From positions 1 to 45,834 of IMG/VR virus record IMGVR_UViG_3300030372_004329: 45,834 nt of DNA, one strand, 5' to 3'. Shown here in pieces: positions 36,400 to 44,680 of this stretch (positions are counted from its first letter, which is position 1; the number at the start of each line of letters is the position of its first letter). Both the position numbers and the translations under genes were made by a program. The notes beneath the pieces were generated by a model. The model saw only the letters and a list, made by a program, of their open reading frames with translations. It was not told the DNA's origin and made no database searches. This DNA comes from a virus (taxonomy: Duplodnaviria; Caudoviricetes).

Positions 36400-37735
36400 C
36401 GTCTGGTTCCTGCGGTGCGCTGGGCACCGGCATCACGGGCGGGTCGGTTTCGTTTTCTGGCGAAGTCTTAGAACGTTCCAGCAATTCCCATTTGCCAGAC
36501 GACCCCAGACGTTCGCGAATCTCGTCAGCGTCGAGCGCGCCGGACTGCCAGTAAATTTCAGCCGTTTCCGCTTCGGTCTTGTCGGTGGCGGCCTGTTCTT
36601 CATCCGTAGGCGTGTATAGCGATGCCCATTTGATCTGCCATTGGTCCGGCTCGCCGCCGCGCGCAAGATACACGTCGCGCACCATATCCTCGGCGACGTG
36701 ACCGACCTGCGCGTTCCGTTCCGATTCCAGCATCCCGTACCAGGATCGCGTTTCGCCGGACCCGCTCGAATTCATACCGGCAGGCGACCGTCCGAACAGT
36801 TCGGTCATCGGCATCCGCGCCGCGCTGCAAAGCGCCTCGGCGTGACGATCCATCAGATCCGCAACGCCCGCGACACTAGACGCGGATTTCATGTAATCTT
36901 CGCCGTCTGCGTCGATCACCATGCCGTTGATGATCGACCGCGACAGGTCCAGCATCGACAGACGTTTCCGGACAAGATCGTCCTGTCCGTTCGCCAACAT
37001 GTCGGCCAGGTCTTTGACCTTCAGAACCGACTGGACGAAATCACGTAGAATGTTCGAGGTGTAGCCGTAATTTGCGCCGACCCTCATCAGATACGAAAAC
37101 ACACCCTGTAATGACGACGCGCCCCATCCGTTATTGCGATCCCGAACGCGCTTCGGCAACCGCATGCCGTCAATGATTGACAATCGCGAATGGTGAATGC
37201 GATACGGCACGGCGCCGACCGATCCCGGCTGGATGCGGTAAATCTCCGGCTTGCCGTATTGTGGTGACATGGCGTCGATGTTCAGATCAGCCGTCGTCCA
37301 GGTAATGTCATATCGGTCGTGTACACGATAGCCAATCACGCGACGGACCCTTTCAGGGCGCAGCGGGTCTTCGAGGTTCCCACCGTCATCAATCAGCCTG
37401 ACGATCCCGGCGCCACCGTAGAGCCGCGCCCACACGTAAGCCTCGGTCAGCGCCGCCTGTGCCTTCAGGGTTTCGAGATCCCCGACCACGTCTTCACCGT
37501 CATCACCTTCGACGGTGAACCAGCGTCGCAATGCTTCCTCTGCCGGTTTCTCGACAATCTTCCGACCGATGCCGTCACCGTAAAACACCGACTCGACGGC
37601 GTACTGCGTCATCAGCGATTCGGCGCGATATTGCGTGTGCGACGCGACGTCTTTTTGCGTCCCGAGACCGGACATGACGTTAATCATTCCGTCCGTTCGG
37701 TCCGCGCTGGGCGCTGGCATGGTCGGTTTTTGCAT
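36383..37735 (-). CDS. Portal protein (DUF1073 family)
   Basis: N.MSGLGT, WARLYGG, YGKP..Y, IH.SR, P.T.LFG.SP.G.N. Confidence 0.88.
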   Translation of the reverse strand: MQKPTMPAPSADRTDGMINVMSGLGTQKDVASHTQYRAESLMTQYAVESVFYGDGIGRKIVEKPAEEALRRWFTVEGDDGEDVVGDLETLKAQAALTEAYVWARLYGGAGIVRLIDDGGNLEDPLRPERVRRVIGYRVHDRYDITWTTADLNIDAMSPQYGKPEIYRIQPGSVGAVPYRIHHSRLSIIDGMRLPKRVRDRNNGWGASSLQGVFSYLMRVGANYGYTSNILRDFVQSVLKVKDLADMLANGQDDLVRKRLSMLDLSRSIINGMVIDADGEDYMKSASSVAGVADLMDRHAEALCSAARMPMTELFGRSPAGMNSSGSGETRSWYGMLESERNAQVGHVAEDMVRDVYLARGGEPDQWQIKWASLYTPTDEEQAATDKTEAETAEIYWQSGALDADEIRERLGSSGKWELLERSKTSPENETDPPVMPVPSAPQEPDDGDET

Positions 37736-38022
37736 TAGATCCCGTTCAGTGTCAGAGCGCGGTCAGCGCGTTTTTCGGCACGCTCACGCCATCCTGCGCG
37801 AACGATCAGGGGTGCCACGATCAGTCCGACGATCGGGAACAATAAGCACACAACCAGTGTCACCGCAGCGCGACCCCAGAACCCGTGCCATGCGAAATAG
37901 ATCGGACCAAGCAGGAACGCCCACAGGACGGACCAGCGAGAATCGGCACGGTAATGTTCGACCAGTTCGTCGATCTGGGCGCTACGGTGGCGTTCGGTTG
38001 CAATAATTTCGGCGGATGTCAT
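37735..38022 (-). CDS. Small membrane protein (DUF2628-like) between terL and portal
   Basis: W...AFLLGPIYF...G.W motif, two or three TM segments, its own promoters. Confidence 0.6.
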   Translation of the reverse strand: MTSAEIIATERHRSAQIDELVEHYRADSRWSVLWAFLLGPIYFAWHGFWGRAAVTLVVCLLFPIVGLIVAPLIVRAGWRERAEKRADRALTLNGI

Positions 38023-38041
38023 GGCTGTGTCTCCTATGCGG

Positions 38042-38107
38042 ATGATACGGGTTTGAAGGTTGCGTGTAAATTACCCGACTGTTACCCGTAATTGCCCGCT
38101 GTGTCAA
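38042..38107 (-). promoter_or_regulatory. Tandem promoters TTGACA-N17-TAACAG and TTTACA-N17-TATCAT with three CGGG(C/T)AA(T/C) boxes
   Basis: Boxes at 38091-98, 38081-88 and 38070-77; the first -35 box overlaps the terL stop. Confidence 0.65.
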
Positions 38108-39552
38108 GTCACCAACGCGGCCATGCGTTCGGCACCGCCCGGCGTCGTCATTTCCGAAATCGCGTCAAACATCGGGTCAAGCTGGTCGTCATGGACGCCA
38201 TTCGGGAACGCGGACGCTTCTGCCAGTAGTCCCGACAGGAATGACGCATTGCGCGGCAACATTACGTTGCCTGCTTCGATCTGCGGTGCAGCGTCGAGCG
38301 CGCGGGTGATCTTGTCCGTGTCCCGCTGGATAGCCAGCATCGGAATGCCTTCGCGCTTCAACGTCTGGATCAGACCTGTGCCGCTGACCTTGTCTTCGAC
38401 CTTGAACGCCCGCAGCGCGCCGATCATCCGCGACTCGCCAGGGTATGACTTATGCTTGTTCCAGAACGCCCGCGCTTGCGTCAGCAGTTCGGGCGCTTCC
38501 CATTTGCCACGGACCTGGTCGATCAGCACGATTTGTCCCGTCTCGCGAATTTTGCCCCAGCACTGGAACACTGACCAGTCGTTCTGTTCCTTCGTTTTCT
38601 GAGCGGTGTCGGCGTAGATCGTTCGATGCGTTAGACGTGGCAAGACGTCGTAATAATTCCACCATTCGTCCTTCAGGATTCCGCCGCCTAGCGGGCTGGG
38701 ACGCTGTTGCATTTGACCCGCCCATGCGTAAGCGCCCATCGCTTTTTTGTCGCGTTCGATCACCTCGGGCGGGAACCTGACCGGGTCCAGCAATTCGCCC
38801 GGTTCCGTCCGCGGATCTGTCCAGCCGATCGACGTGTAATGGCGCCGTTCCGGCTCGAACTCCATCGGAATGCAAAGGTGGTCGTATCCAAGTTCCGACG
38901 CGATGATGTGACCGGACGGGTCGCCCTCGTGGAGTCGTTGCATGACGACGGTGATGTTCGACCGCGCCGGGTCGTTCAGGCGCGTCGGCACGGTCTCGGA
39001 CAGGATACGAATCGCCGTTTCCCGTTCCGTTACGCTGTGCGCTTTTTCAGGCGACAGCGGGTCGTCCCATGCGATCGTATGACCGCGACGGCCGGTCATC
39101 GACTTCACCGCGCACGCCTGCCGGAACCCGCGACGTTCGTTCTCGAAATACAGCTTTTCGTTCTGGTCGCCTTTCAGTCCCAGCGGCCAGATCGACTGAT
39201 ACCATTCCGACGTGATCAGTTCACGCATCATCCGGTTATCACGGATCGCCAGGTTCTGTTCATGGGCCGCCCCGATGTACCTGTGATTCGACTGTCCCGC
39301 CGGACCCCACAACCATGCAGGGTACATCACGCCAATCAGCGTGGACTTACTGGTTCCAGGCGGAACGTTGACCAGCAGACGCTTGATGTCGCCGGTCGCA
39401 CACGCTTCCAGGTGTTCGCACACCGCCTCGATGTGCCAGTTCCATTGCAGACGGTCGGGGATGATCTGCGACCATGCGCGCCGGACAAACCCTGCCAGCG
39501 ATCGACTGGAAAGTTCGCGGTCGATCTCCCGCATGTCCGGTGTGTGGATCAT
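38104..39552 (-). CDS. terL: Terminase large subunit (alternative in-frame start at 39681)
   Basis: NVPPGTSKS Walker A, TGRRG..IAWDDP, VMQRLHE.D, nuclease DTA.K and HDDQLD. Confidence 0.92.
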   Translation of the reverse strand: MIHTPDMREIDRELSSRSLAGFVRRAWSQIIPDRLQWNWHIEAVCEHLEACATGDIKRLLVNVPPGTSKSTLIGVMYPAWLWGPAGQSNHRYIGAAHEQNLAIRDNRMMRELITSEWYQSIWPLGLKGDQNEKLYFENERRGFRQACAVKSMTGRRGHTIAWDDPLSPEKAHSVTERETAIRILSETVPTRLNDPARSNITVVMQRLHEGDPSGHIIASELGYDHLCIPMEFEPERRHYTSIGWTDPRTEPGELLDPVRFPPEVIERDKKAMGAYAWAGQMQQRPSPLGGGILKDEWWNYYDVLPRLTHRTIYADTAQKTKEQNDWSVFQCWGKIRETGQIVLIDQVRGKWEAPELLTQARAFWNKHKSYPGESRMIGALRAFKVEDKVSGTGLIQTLKREGIPMLAIQRDTDKITRALDAAPQIEAGNVMLPRNASFLSGLLAEASAFPNGVHDDQLDPMFDAISEMTTPGGAERMAALVT

Positions 39553-39584
39553 AAAAATCGCCCGTGATTGCTCGTCACGGGCGA
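39553..39584 (-). terminator. Terminator-like hairpin directly before the terL ATG
   Basis: TCGCCCGTGA-N7-TCACGGGCGA-TTTTT-ATG. Confidence 0.6.
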
Positions 39585-39677
39585 GAATAGCACGACCCTG
39601 AAGGGGTGTCACTTGGCCCGATAGTGCGCCAGGATCGTTGCAATGATTGCCGCTGCCGGATTGGTCGTTGAGGTGGG

Positions 39678-40019
39678 TCATGTCGGCTCCTGCTCTTTGA
39701 GGTCATCGAAAACGAGTTCCCACGCTCCGACGCGGATGGTCGCATCCACCCGGTCCAGCACCTCGCGGGCCTTCTCGCGATGACCCCAATCCACGATCAC
39801 GGTTCGCTTCTCGAGGTCTCCGTGTCCGCAGCACGATCCGTAGGTCCAGACGTGCGCGTCCCAGAGCGCCTGAACTGCGTCAGCGATGCACGCGTCCACG
39901 CAGATCGTTGGCCGGGCATTCTGAAACAGAGCCATTGCCCAGTCCGGGCATTGCAGCACCCGCTCCTGATCCGTCTGCCATGGCCTCGGTTGGTTGTAGC
40001 TGATGCACTTGCAGGTCAT
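39678..40019 (-). CDS. Hypothetical Cys-rich protein
   Basis: CVDACIAD.V..LW...V.T..SCCGH; GGAG RBS. Confidence 0.7.
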   Translation of the reverse strand: MTCKCISYNQPRPWQTDQERVLQCPDWAMALFQNARPTICVDACIADAVQALWDAHVWTYGSCCGHGDLEKRTVIVDWGHREKAREVLDRVDATIRVGAWELVFDDLKEQEPT

Positions 40020-40497
40020 CTGTTCCCTCTCCTGCTCTCCGGCTCCTTGAATGTGTCCATGCTGAATTTGACCAGGATCGCTGCGATGATTGCCGATGCG
40101 AGCATTTCCCCCGCGCCGGACAGCGGCACAGGCGAGGGGGTGACGATGCGAGCATTTCCCCCGCGCCGGACAGCGGCACAGGCGAGGGGGTGACGATATC
40201 GGGATCAACCGAGACCGTCGTGGTAAAGTGGGGCGTCAGGCTGTCTCCGAAGTCGGAGCAAAGCCGTCCGTCAAGCACCGGGATCAGCTCGTCGCCGTTG
40301 CAGATGTAAGGGATGAGCCAATTTGGAAGGGCATTGACGGGCTCCGGCTGGGAAGCCACGTCGATCTGCCCGCATGGGATCACCGCAGCCTGAAATTTGC
40401 CGTCCATGCACTGATTGCCCGGCCTGCTGAACGACACGGTGCCGTCTGGATGGTGAACCTCGACCAGGGGCTCCGTATCGTGGGGCGCGGTAGTCAT
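40016..40497 (-). pseudogene. Gene frameshifted by a 50-bp tandem duplication; the intact form has a VPLPA-CTERM-like tail
   Basis: Removing one copy gives a 143-aa ORF ending PSPVPLSGAGEMLASAIIAAILVKF...NR with an ATGA overlap to the next gene. Confidence 0.65.
40094..40197. repeat. Perfect 50-bp tandem duplication
   Basis: 40094-40143 equals 40144-40193, with CGAT microhomology at the junctions. Confidence 0.95.
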
Positions 40498-40498
40498 G

Positions 40499-40714
40499 TC
40501 AGTCTTCCCTCTGGGATTGCAGGGCGCGCTTGATTGCGCACGGCTCGTCATCGGCCTCTGGCCCGCCGTCGAACATGGCAAAAAGTGCAGACGAAAGCCG
40601 CTGCGCCTCTCTGTGCTCTAGGTCTAGATTCCCGATGGCTCGCGACAGCATCCATCGGGTGTAGGCGTCCTCGACAGCTTCAAGCTGCTCTAGGGCGGTA
40701 TCGGCGTCACCCAT
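40499..40714 (-). CDS. Hypothetical protein
   Basis: GGAGG RBS. Confidence 0.6.
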   Translation of the reverse strand: MGDADTALEQLEAVEDAYTRWMLSRAIGNLDLEHREAQRLSSALFAMFDGGPEADDEPCAIKRALQSQRED

Positions 40715-41048
40715 CGGAGCCTCCCTGGTCGGAGAGGGCGCGGAGGCCTGCGCGGAAGACAAACACCCATTCTTCGGTGCCTTCTGTGTCCGCTTCACCG
40801 TCCATCGCCGCTTGAATGAGGTCGTCAAGCTCGCTTTCTTCATTGAGTGCATTCAGCAGCACCTGCGCCGCCTCCTGCACCGTGGGCTGGCGGGCCATCA
40901 CGTTCTGCGCGGCGTCGGTGCGGACGTATTCTTTGGCGTTTGGGTTATCGCAATCGAACCTGTCCCATTCCCCGCAATCATTTGTGTTGCCAGTTTCGTC
41001 CGGCGCCGCCCAAATTCGCTCAGGCATTTCCTTCTCGCGCTCAGTCAT
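40707..41048 (-). CDS. Hypothetical protein
   Basis: AGGAG RBS; MPERIWA...EYVRTD motif. Confidence 0.7.
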   Translation of the reverse strand: MTEREKEMPERIWAAPDETGNTNDCGEWDRFDCDNPNAKEYVRTDAAQNVMARQPTVQEAAQVLLNALNEESELDDLIQAAMDGEADTEGTEEWVFVFRAGLRALSDQGGSDG

Positions 41049-41409
41049 GGCTCTGCTCCTGTGGAGCCTTCGGCCACGGCCCGCCGCCGGAAATATCCGG
41101 CTTGCCATGGGGGCCCTGAACTTGAGGCGCGAATGGCAGGCTCTTGCTCTCGGCGCCGCAGTGTGAATAGCCCTCGCCAATAGCCAGCGCGTTCGCGATC
41201 ATCCAGCAAACCGATCCCGAATGCTCACGCGGCACGTCAATTTCAAAGCGGCGGTCAAGCGTTATCGTGATCTGGTCGCTGCGCTCGTAGACCATCAGGC
41301 GCGGTATCTCGCGGCCATCCACAACGGCGGTGTATCCAGCGATGCGGACGCCGAACGATACGACACCCGCTTCAGGGTTATGAAGGTTTGTCACGTTGTC
41401 AGTCATCAT
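41041..41409 (-). CDS. Hypothetical protein
   Basis: GGAGG RBS; overlaps both neighbours by a few bases. Confidence 0.7.
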   Translation of the reverse strand: MMTDNVTNLHNPEAGVVSFGVRIAGYTAVVDGREIPRLMVYERSDQITITLDRRFEIDVPREHSGSVCWMIANALAIGEGYSHCGAESKSLPFAPQVQGPHGKPDISGGGPWPKAPQEQSHD

Positions 41410-42136
41410 TCATATCCTCCACGGCTTGCGCTGCCATAGTCATTAGATCGGCGGCTAGATTTGCGGCGGTATCGGGCGGCATGACGTACCACTGCCATTC
41501 GCCATCATCGGCCATGGCGCTGAGCATGACTTTTCCGTCGCCCTCGGTGGAGACCTCGAAGCGTCCGCCACCCATGTTGCTGTCTGTGGCCTCGCCGTCG
41601 GCGTAGCTCTCCGTCTTGGCTATTTCGATCTGGTCGCGCAAATCGGCAAGCTCCGCTTCGTAAGCGGTAAACCCGGTAACTCGAAGCTCCTTCTCCGCGT
41701 CATAGAGGTCCCGGCGAATATATCTCGTAGGTGCGCCTACGAAGCCTCCGGGCTCAGCTTGGGCGTAAATGTCTATGGTCTGCGCACTGACATCCTCATC
41801 AGCTACAGCCCAGATGTCGTCTGGCATTCTGTCAATCATTGACTGTATCCCCACGTGGTCGCTGCTGCCGAGACCTCGCTTCGGGCTTGTGACCTGCGGA
41901 TGCATTCCGTTGACCCGCTTGCGGTATTGCTCGGTAACATCGGCCAGCCGGTCTGCCCGCGCCTCCGCTTCCTCCGCACGGCGGGTGGCGGCGGCAAGAT
42001 CGGATAGCAGCCGCTCGATCTCGTCAGTCATCAACCGGACTTCCTCGTCATTCAGGACGTGACCGCGCTGCATGACCTCTCGCGGGTACTCCACCCAGTA
42101 GGTCTTCGGGTTTTCGAGATCATCGTGCATTGTCAC
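41399..42136 (-). CDS. Hypothetical mosaic protein with coiled coil
   Basis: GGAGG RBS; contains MPDDIWA...YIRRD, similar to the motif in 40707-41048. Confidence 0.7.
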   Translation of the reverse strand: MTMHDDLENPKTYWVEYPREVMQRGHVLNDEEVRLMTDEIERLLSDLAAATRRAEEAEARADRLADVTEQYRKRVNGMHPQVTSPKRGLGSSDHVGIQSMIDRMPDDIWAVADEDVSAQTIDIYAQAEPGGFVGAPTRYIRRDLYDAEKELRVTGFTAYEAELADLRDQIEIAKTESYADGEATDSNMGGGRFEVSTEGDGKVMLSAMADDGEWQWYVMPPDTAANLAADLMTMAAQAVEDMNDD

Positions 42137-42324
42137 TTCCTCCGTTTTGCCATCATGCGCTGGCGGGATTTCCGCAGCGTGTCGTGACTCTTGGCATGTA
42201 TGCCGCAGTAGTCAGACCCGGGCAGCGCGACGTTCAGGCATGGCGCCCGGTCGTTGGACTTGATCGCCTTGCACTTGGGGATGTTTTCGCCAAGAAGCCA
42301 GCTTTTGGTGGGATCATCTATCAT
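42133..42324 (-). CDS. Small Cys/His (Zn-finger-like) protein
   Basis: C.A......C.........C..H pattern. Confidence 0.6.
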   Translation of the reverse strand: MIDDPTKSWLLGENIPKCKAIKSNDRAPCLNVALPGSDYCGIHAKSHDTLRKSRQRMMAKRRK

Positions 42325-42345
42325 GCTCGACCCGCCGCTGCATCA

Positions 42346-42444
42346 TCATCCGACGTTCCCGTCGCCGAGGTCGTCGGCGTAGTAGAACATGAAGCCCAGC
42401 GTGCCGATAATCAGCGGACCCAGGGCGAGGTAGGTGATGAGCAT
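42346..42444 (-). CDS. 32-aa single-TM peptide (MLITYLALGPLIIGTLGFMFYY...)
   Basis: Read manually; fills an operon gap. Confidence 0.45.
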   Translation of the reverse strand: MLITYLALGPLIIGTLGFMFYYADDLGDGNVG

Positions 42445-42456
42445 GTCGGCGGCCCT

Positions 42457-42819
42457 TTATGTTGAGGGGGTTTCGCCGTAGCGGATACCTGCCAACTGAT
42501 TGCTCAGTTCCAGGCGGGCGACGACGTGCGGGAAGTGTCCGCGGAGAACGTCACAGTCGATCTGAAATTCCCCACCGTCCGAAATCATGTCGGAAAGCGG
42601 GGGCACGCCATCCCAGCAGTCGAAGTCCGTCACCTTCGTGTAGTGGTGAGACGCCGCATTGCAGTCCAGGTGCGAGCGCAGCGTGTAGATCGTGTCGTCG
42701 GCTTTCTCTGTGAAGAAATAGTGCCGCGCGCCTGCGGGGATCATGTGGTAGCAGTCAAAGCACTGGTGCGCCTTCCGCCCCACGCGCTCGCCGCGGGCAA
42801 GTTCCTCCGGATATGACAT
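42457..42819 (-). CDS. Hypothetical protein with CxxC...HxxC
   Basis: RKAHQCFDC...I..G..H and HLDC; AAGGA RBS. Confidence 0.7.
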   Translation of the reverse strand: MSYPEELARGERVGRKAHQCFDCYHMIPAGARHYFFTEKADDTIYTLRSHLDCNAASHHYTKVTDFDCWDGVPPLSDMISDGGEFQIDCDVLRGHFPHVVARLELSNQLAGIRYGETPST

Positions 42820-42860
42820 TGGCCGGTCCTTTCTCGGTTAGCGAATGTGAAGGCCGCGCG

Positions 42861-43019
42861 CTACCAGATCGCAGCGCCGAATCTCTTCTGCTCCCTGCCC
42901 ATGGCGTCGGAAATTCCGACGCCATCCTTCTCATCGTCATCAAGAACGGGTTCGTCCGGCGCTTCGCCTTGACTAATTGCCTCCTGCATCTGTTGTTCTT
43001 CATCCGGTGCGTGTGGCAT
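42861..43019 (-). CDS. Possible 52-aa acidic protein (MPHAPDEEQQ...)
   Basis: Read manually; reading frame uncertain. Confidence 0.35.
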   Translation of the reverse strand: MPHAPDEEQQMQEAISQGEAPDEPVLDDDEKDGVGISDAMGREQKRFGAAIW

Positions 43020-43031
43020 GATCTGGCCCTT

Positions 43032-43151
43032 TCAAAACAGTTGTACGGAAACGGCAATCGCCAGCCCAATGCAGACGATGATGGCCTCAATAATCAGCGC
43101 GACAATGATGCCGCGCGCCGGGCCGAGGGGGTCGTCTTCGGGTGTGGGCAT
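43032..43151 (-). CDS. 39-aa single-TM peptide (MPTPEDDPLGPARGIIVALII...)
   Basis: AAGGA RBS; hydrophobic helix. Confidence 0.55.
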   Translation of the reverse strand: MPTPEDDPLGPARGIIVALIIEAIIVCIGLAIAVSVQLF

Positions 43152-43163
43152 GGGGCGTCCTTT

Positions 43164-43526
43164 CTATGCTTCGGTCATCGCCGCGAGCGCGCGGCGTTCG
43201 TATTCTGCTGCCTTGAGGCATCGCGCCCGGTTCTTTTCGGTTGTCGCTGCGTCTGCCTTTTCCTTCCATGCGCTGATCGCTTCGCGCCGGCGCTGGATGC
43301 GATAATCAATATCCCGCTGCGCGAAGGCGACTGCCTCGGCGCGCGTCTTGAACGTGACGCCGCGAAAATGCTTCGTGACTTCGCTAGGCCCACTGTAAAA
43401 CTTAGTTTCGGCCTGAATTTGAAACGTCTTGGACCGCTGGCCGCATATTTCTGTCCGCCCTGACGCGTGGCGGATCATCGGCTTATATTCCCCGAAAGAC
43501 TTGATCGCGGTGGGTTTCACAGACAT
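43164..43526 (-). CDS. Hypothetical basic protein
   Basis: AGGAGG RBS. Confidence 0.7.
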   Translation of the reverse strand: MSVKPTAIKSFGEYKPMIRHASGRTEICGQRSKTFQIQAETKFYSGPSEVTKHFRGVTFKTRAEAVAFAQRDIDYRIQRRREAISAWKEKADAATTEKNRARCLKAAEYERRALAAMTEA

Positions 43527-43539
43527 ATTCTCACCCTCC

Positions 43540-43719
43540 TTAGTTGGACTGGCCGAGGATTTCGCGAGCCTTGCCGCGCACGAAGTCAGCGTAGCCGCCC
43601 ATGTCCTCGATTTCGTTTGCCACTTGCCGCAAAGCCTCTTTGTCCTCGGGTGTCAAATCGTATCCAAAGCCCACCTTCGACAAGCGCCGCAGCACCGATA
43701 CCAATTCATCACGTTCCAT
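43540..43719 (-). CDS. Hypothetical protein (MERDELVSVL...)
   Basis: AGGAG RBS. Confidence 0.6.
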   Translation of the reverse strand: MERDELVSVLRRLSKVGFGYDLTPEDKEALRQVANEIEDMGGYADFVRGKAREILGQSN

Positions 43720-43729
43720 GCCTTCGCTC

Positions 43730-43891
43730 CTATTCAGACTCGGACAGACGGTATATCGTGCTGATCGCTGCGGAAGCCATCCGTTGATATCGGTCGTGGT
43801 CTGAAACCGCCTCGATCCAGTCGGCCCGCGAGGCGTTGCCGGTGTCGGCGGTCCACAGCGCGAACGCCACCTCATCAATTTCATCAAGCAT
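43730..43891 (-). CDS. Hypothetical 53-aa protein (MLDEIDEVAFALW...)
   Basis: Read manually; fills an operon gap. Confidence 0.55.
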   Translation of the reverse strand: MLDEIDEVAFALWTADTGNASRADWIEAVSDHDRYQRMASAAISTIYRLSESE

Positions 43892-43892
43892 A

Positions 43893-44012
43893 TCACCATC
43901 CTATGTAAATCCCCAAGGCAACGGCACAGATCGCCAGCAGTCCCAGGATGTCGACTATCGTGTGGCGGATCTTTCCGCGGTTCGGTTTGCGGGGCGGGTG
44001 TTTCCAGGTCAT
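43893..44012 (-). CDS. 39-aa single-TM peptide, probably leaderless (MTWKHPPRKPNRGK...)
   Basis: ATG 6 nt after the -10 box; basic N-terminus plus TM helix. Confidence 0.55.
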   Translation of the reverse strand: MTWKHPPRKPNRGKIRHTIVDILGLLAICAVALGIYIGW

Positions 44013-44018
44013 ATTTTA

Positions 44019-44047
44019 TTATTACCCACTGTTCCCCGAACCGTCAA
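44019..44047 (-). promoter_or_regulatory. Promoter TTGACG-N17-TAATAA with CGGGGAAC/TGGGTAAT boxes
   Basis: Member of the repeated promoter family; the -35 box overlaps the upstream TGA. Confidence 0.7.
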
Positions 44048-44256
44048 GGAATATCGCGCTTGTTCCGGTTCTTTTTCTTCCGGCACTGACAGGGGTGTTT
44101 CGCATCTTCAGACCGAATGCGTCGGACCAGTCCACACCCCGCACCTTTCGACATTGCGAAACGACGAGACGCCTCGGCGATACCATGACGCGCCGCTGAT
44201 TTCAGGAACAGCAATTCACGTTCGTCGTCCGCCCGGGTCGTGATTCGCCTGCTCAT
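44044..44256 (-). CDS. Small basic HTH-like protein
   Basis: IAEASRRFAMSKGAGCGLVRRI; ATGA overlap. Confidence 0.55.
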   Translation of the reverse strand: MSRRITTRADDERELLFLKSAARHGIAEASRRFAMSKGAGCGLVRRIRSEDAKHPCQCRKKKNRNKRDIP

Positions 44257-44522
44257 GTGACCGACTCCGAAACGGCACGGCCCGCGGCGGTGTGTTCCAA
44301 GTAGAACTGGAACGATGCGTCCTGCGCTTCCTCGCGCGTGTCGCACGGGCGGCTGAACGATTTCACGCGGTTGTAGGTCAGCACCGCCACGAACTGTCCG
44401 GTGTCACACGACTGGAACAGTTCGATGTCGGGGTTCAGGCGCCGCCGCGGTGGTCCGGACGTCTCGCGTGATGACGGTTCGGCCGCGGCAGGCGCTGGCA
44501 TGGTCGGGGCGGGCATCTTCAT
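44253..44522 (-). CDS. Hypothetical protein with N-terminal MPAPTMPAP
   Basis: GAGGA RBS; ATGA overlaps. Confidence 0.65.
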   Translation of the reverse strand: MKMPAPTMPAPAAAEPSSRETSGPPRRRLNPDIELFQSCDTGQFVAVLTYNRVKSFSRPCDTREEAQDASFQFYLEHTAAGRAVSESVT

Positions 44523-44680
44523 GGGTCAAGATCCTCGATGATTTGTCCGAGTTCGTTGCAGTGACGATCGGACAGTTTTTCGGCAAGTCGGGTGAGTTTC
44601 GGCACGGCCACCGCGATGCGCCGCTCGGCGCTAGGCGAATCAGGTTGGGGCATCACGGGACGCGGCATGGATGGGGTCAT
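44519..44680 (-). CDS. Hypothetical protein with N-terminal PSMPRPVMPQP
   Basis: ATGA overlaps on both sides. Confidence 0.6.
   Translation of the reverse strand: MTPSMPRPVMPQPDSPSAERRIAVAVPKLTRLAEKLSDRHCNELGQIIEDLDP

Noticed and set aside
36383-37735. Portal as an anti-CBASS Acb1 nuclease
   Set aside because: DUF1073 portals often receive that label, but size, motifs and position indicate a plain portal with no added phosphoesterase domain.
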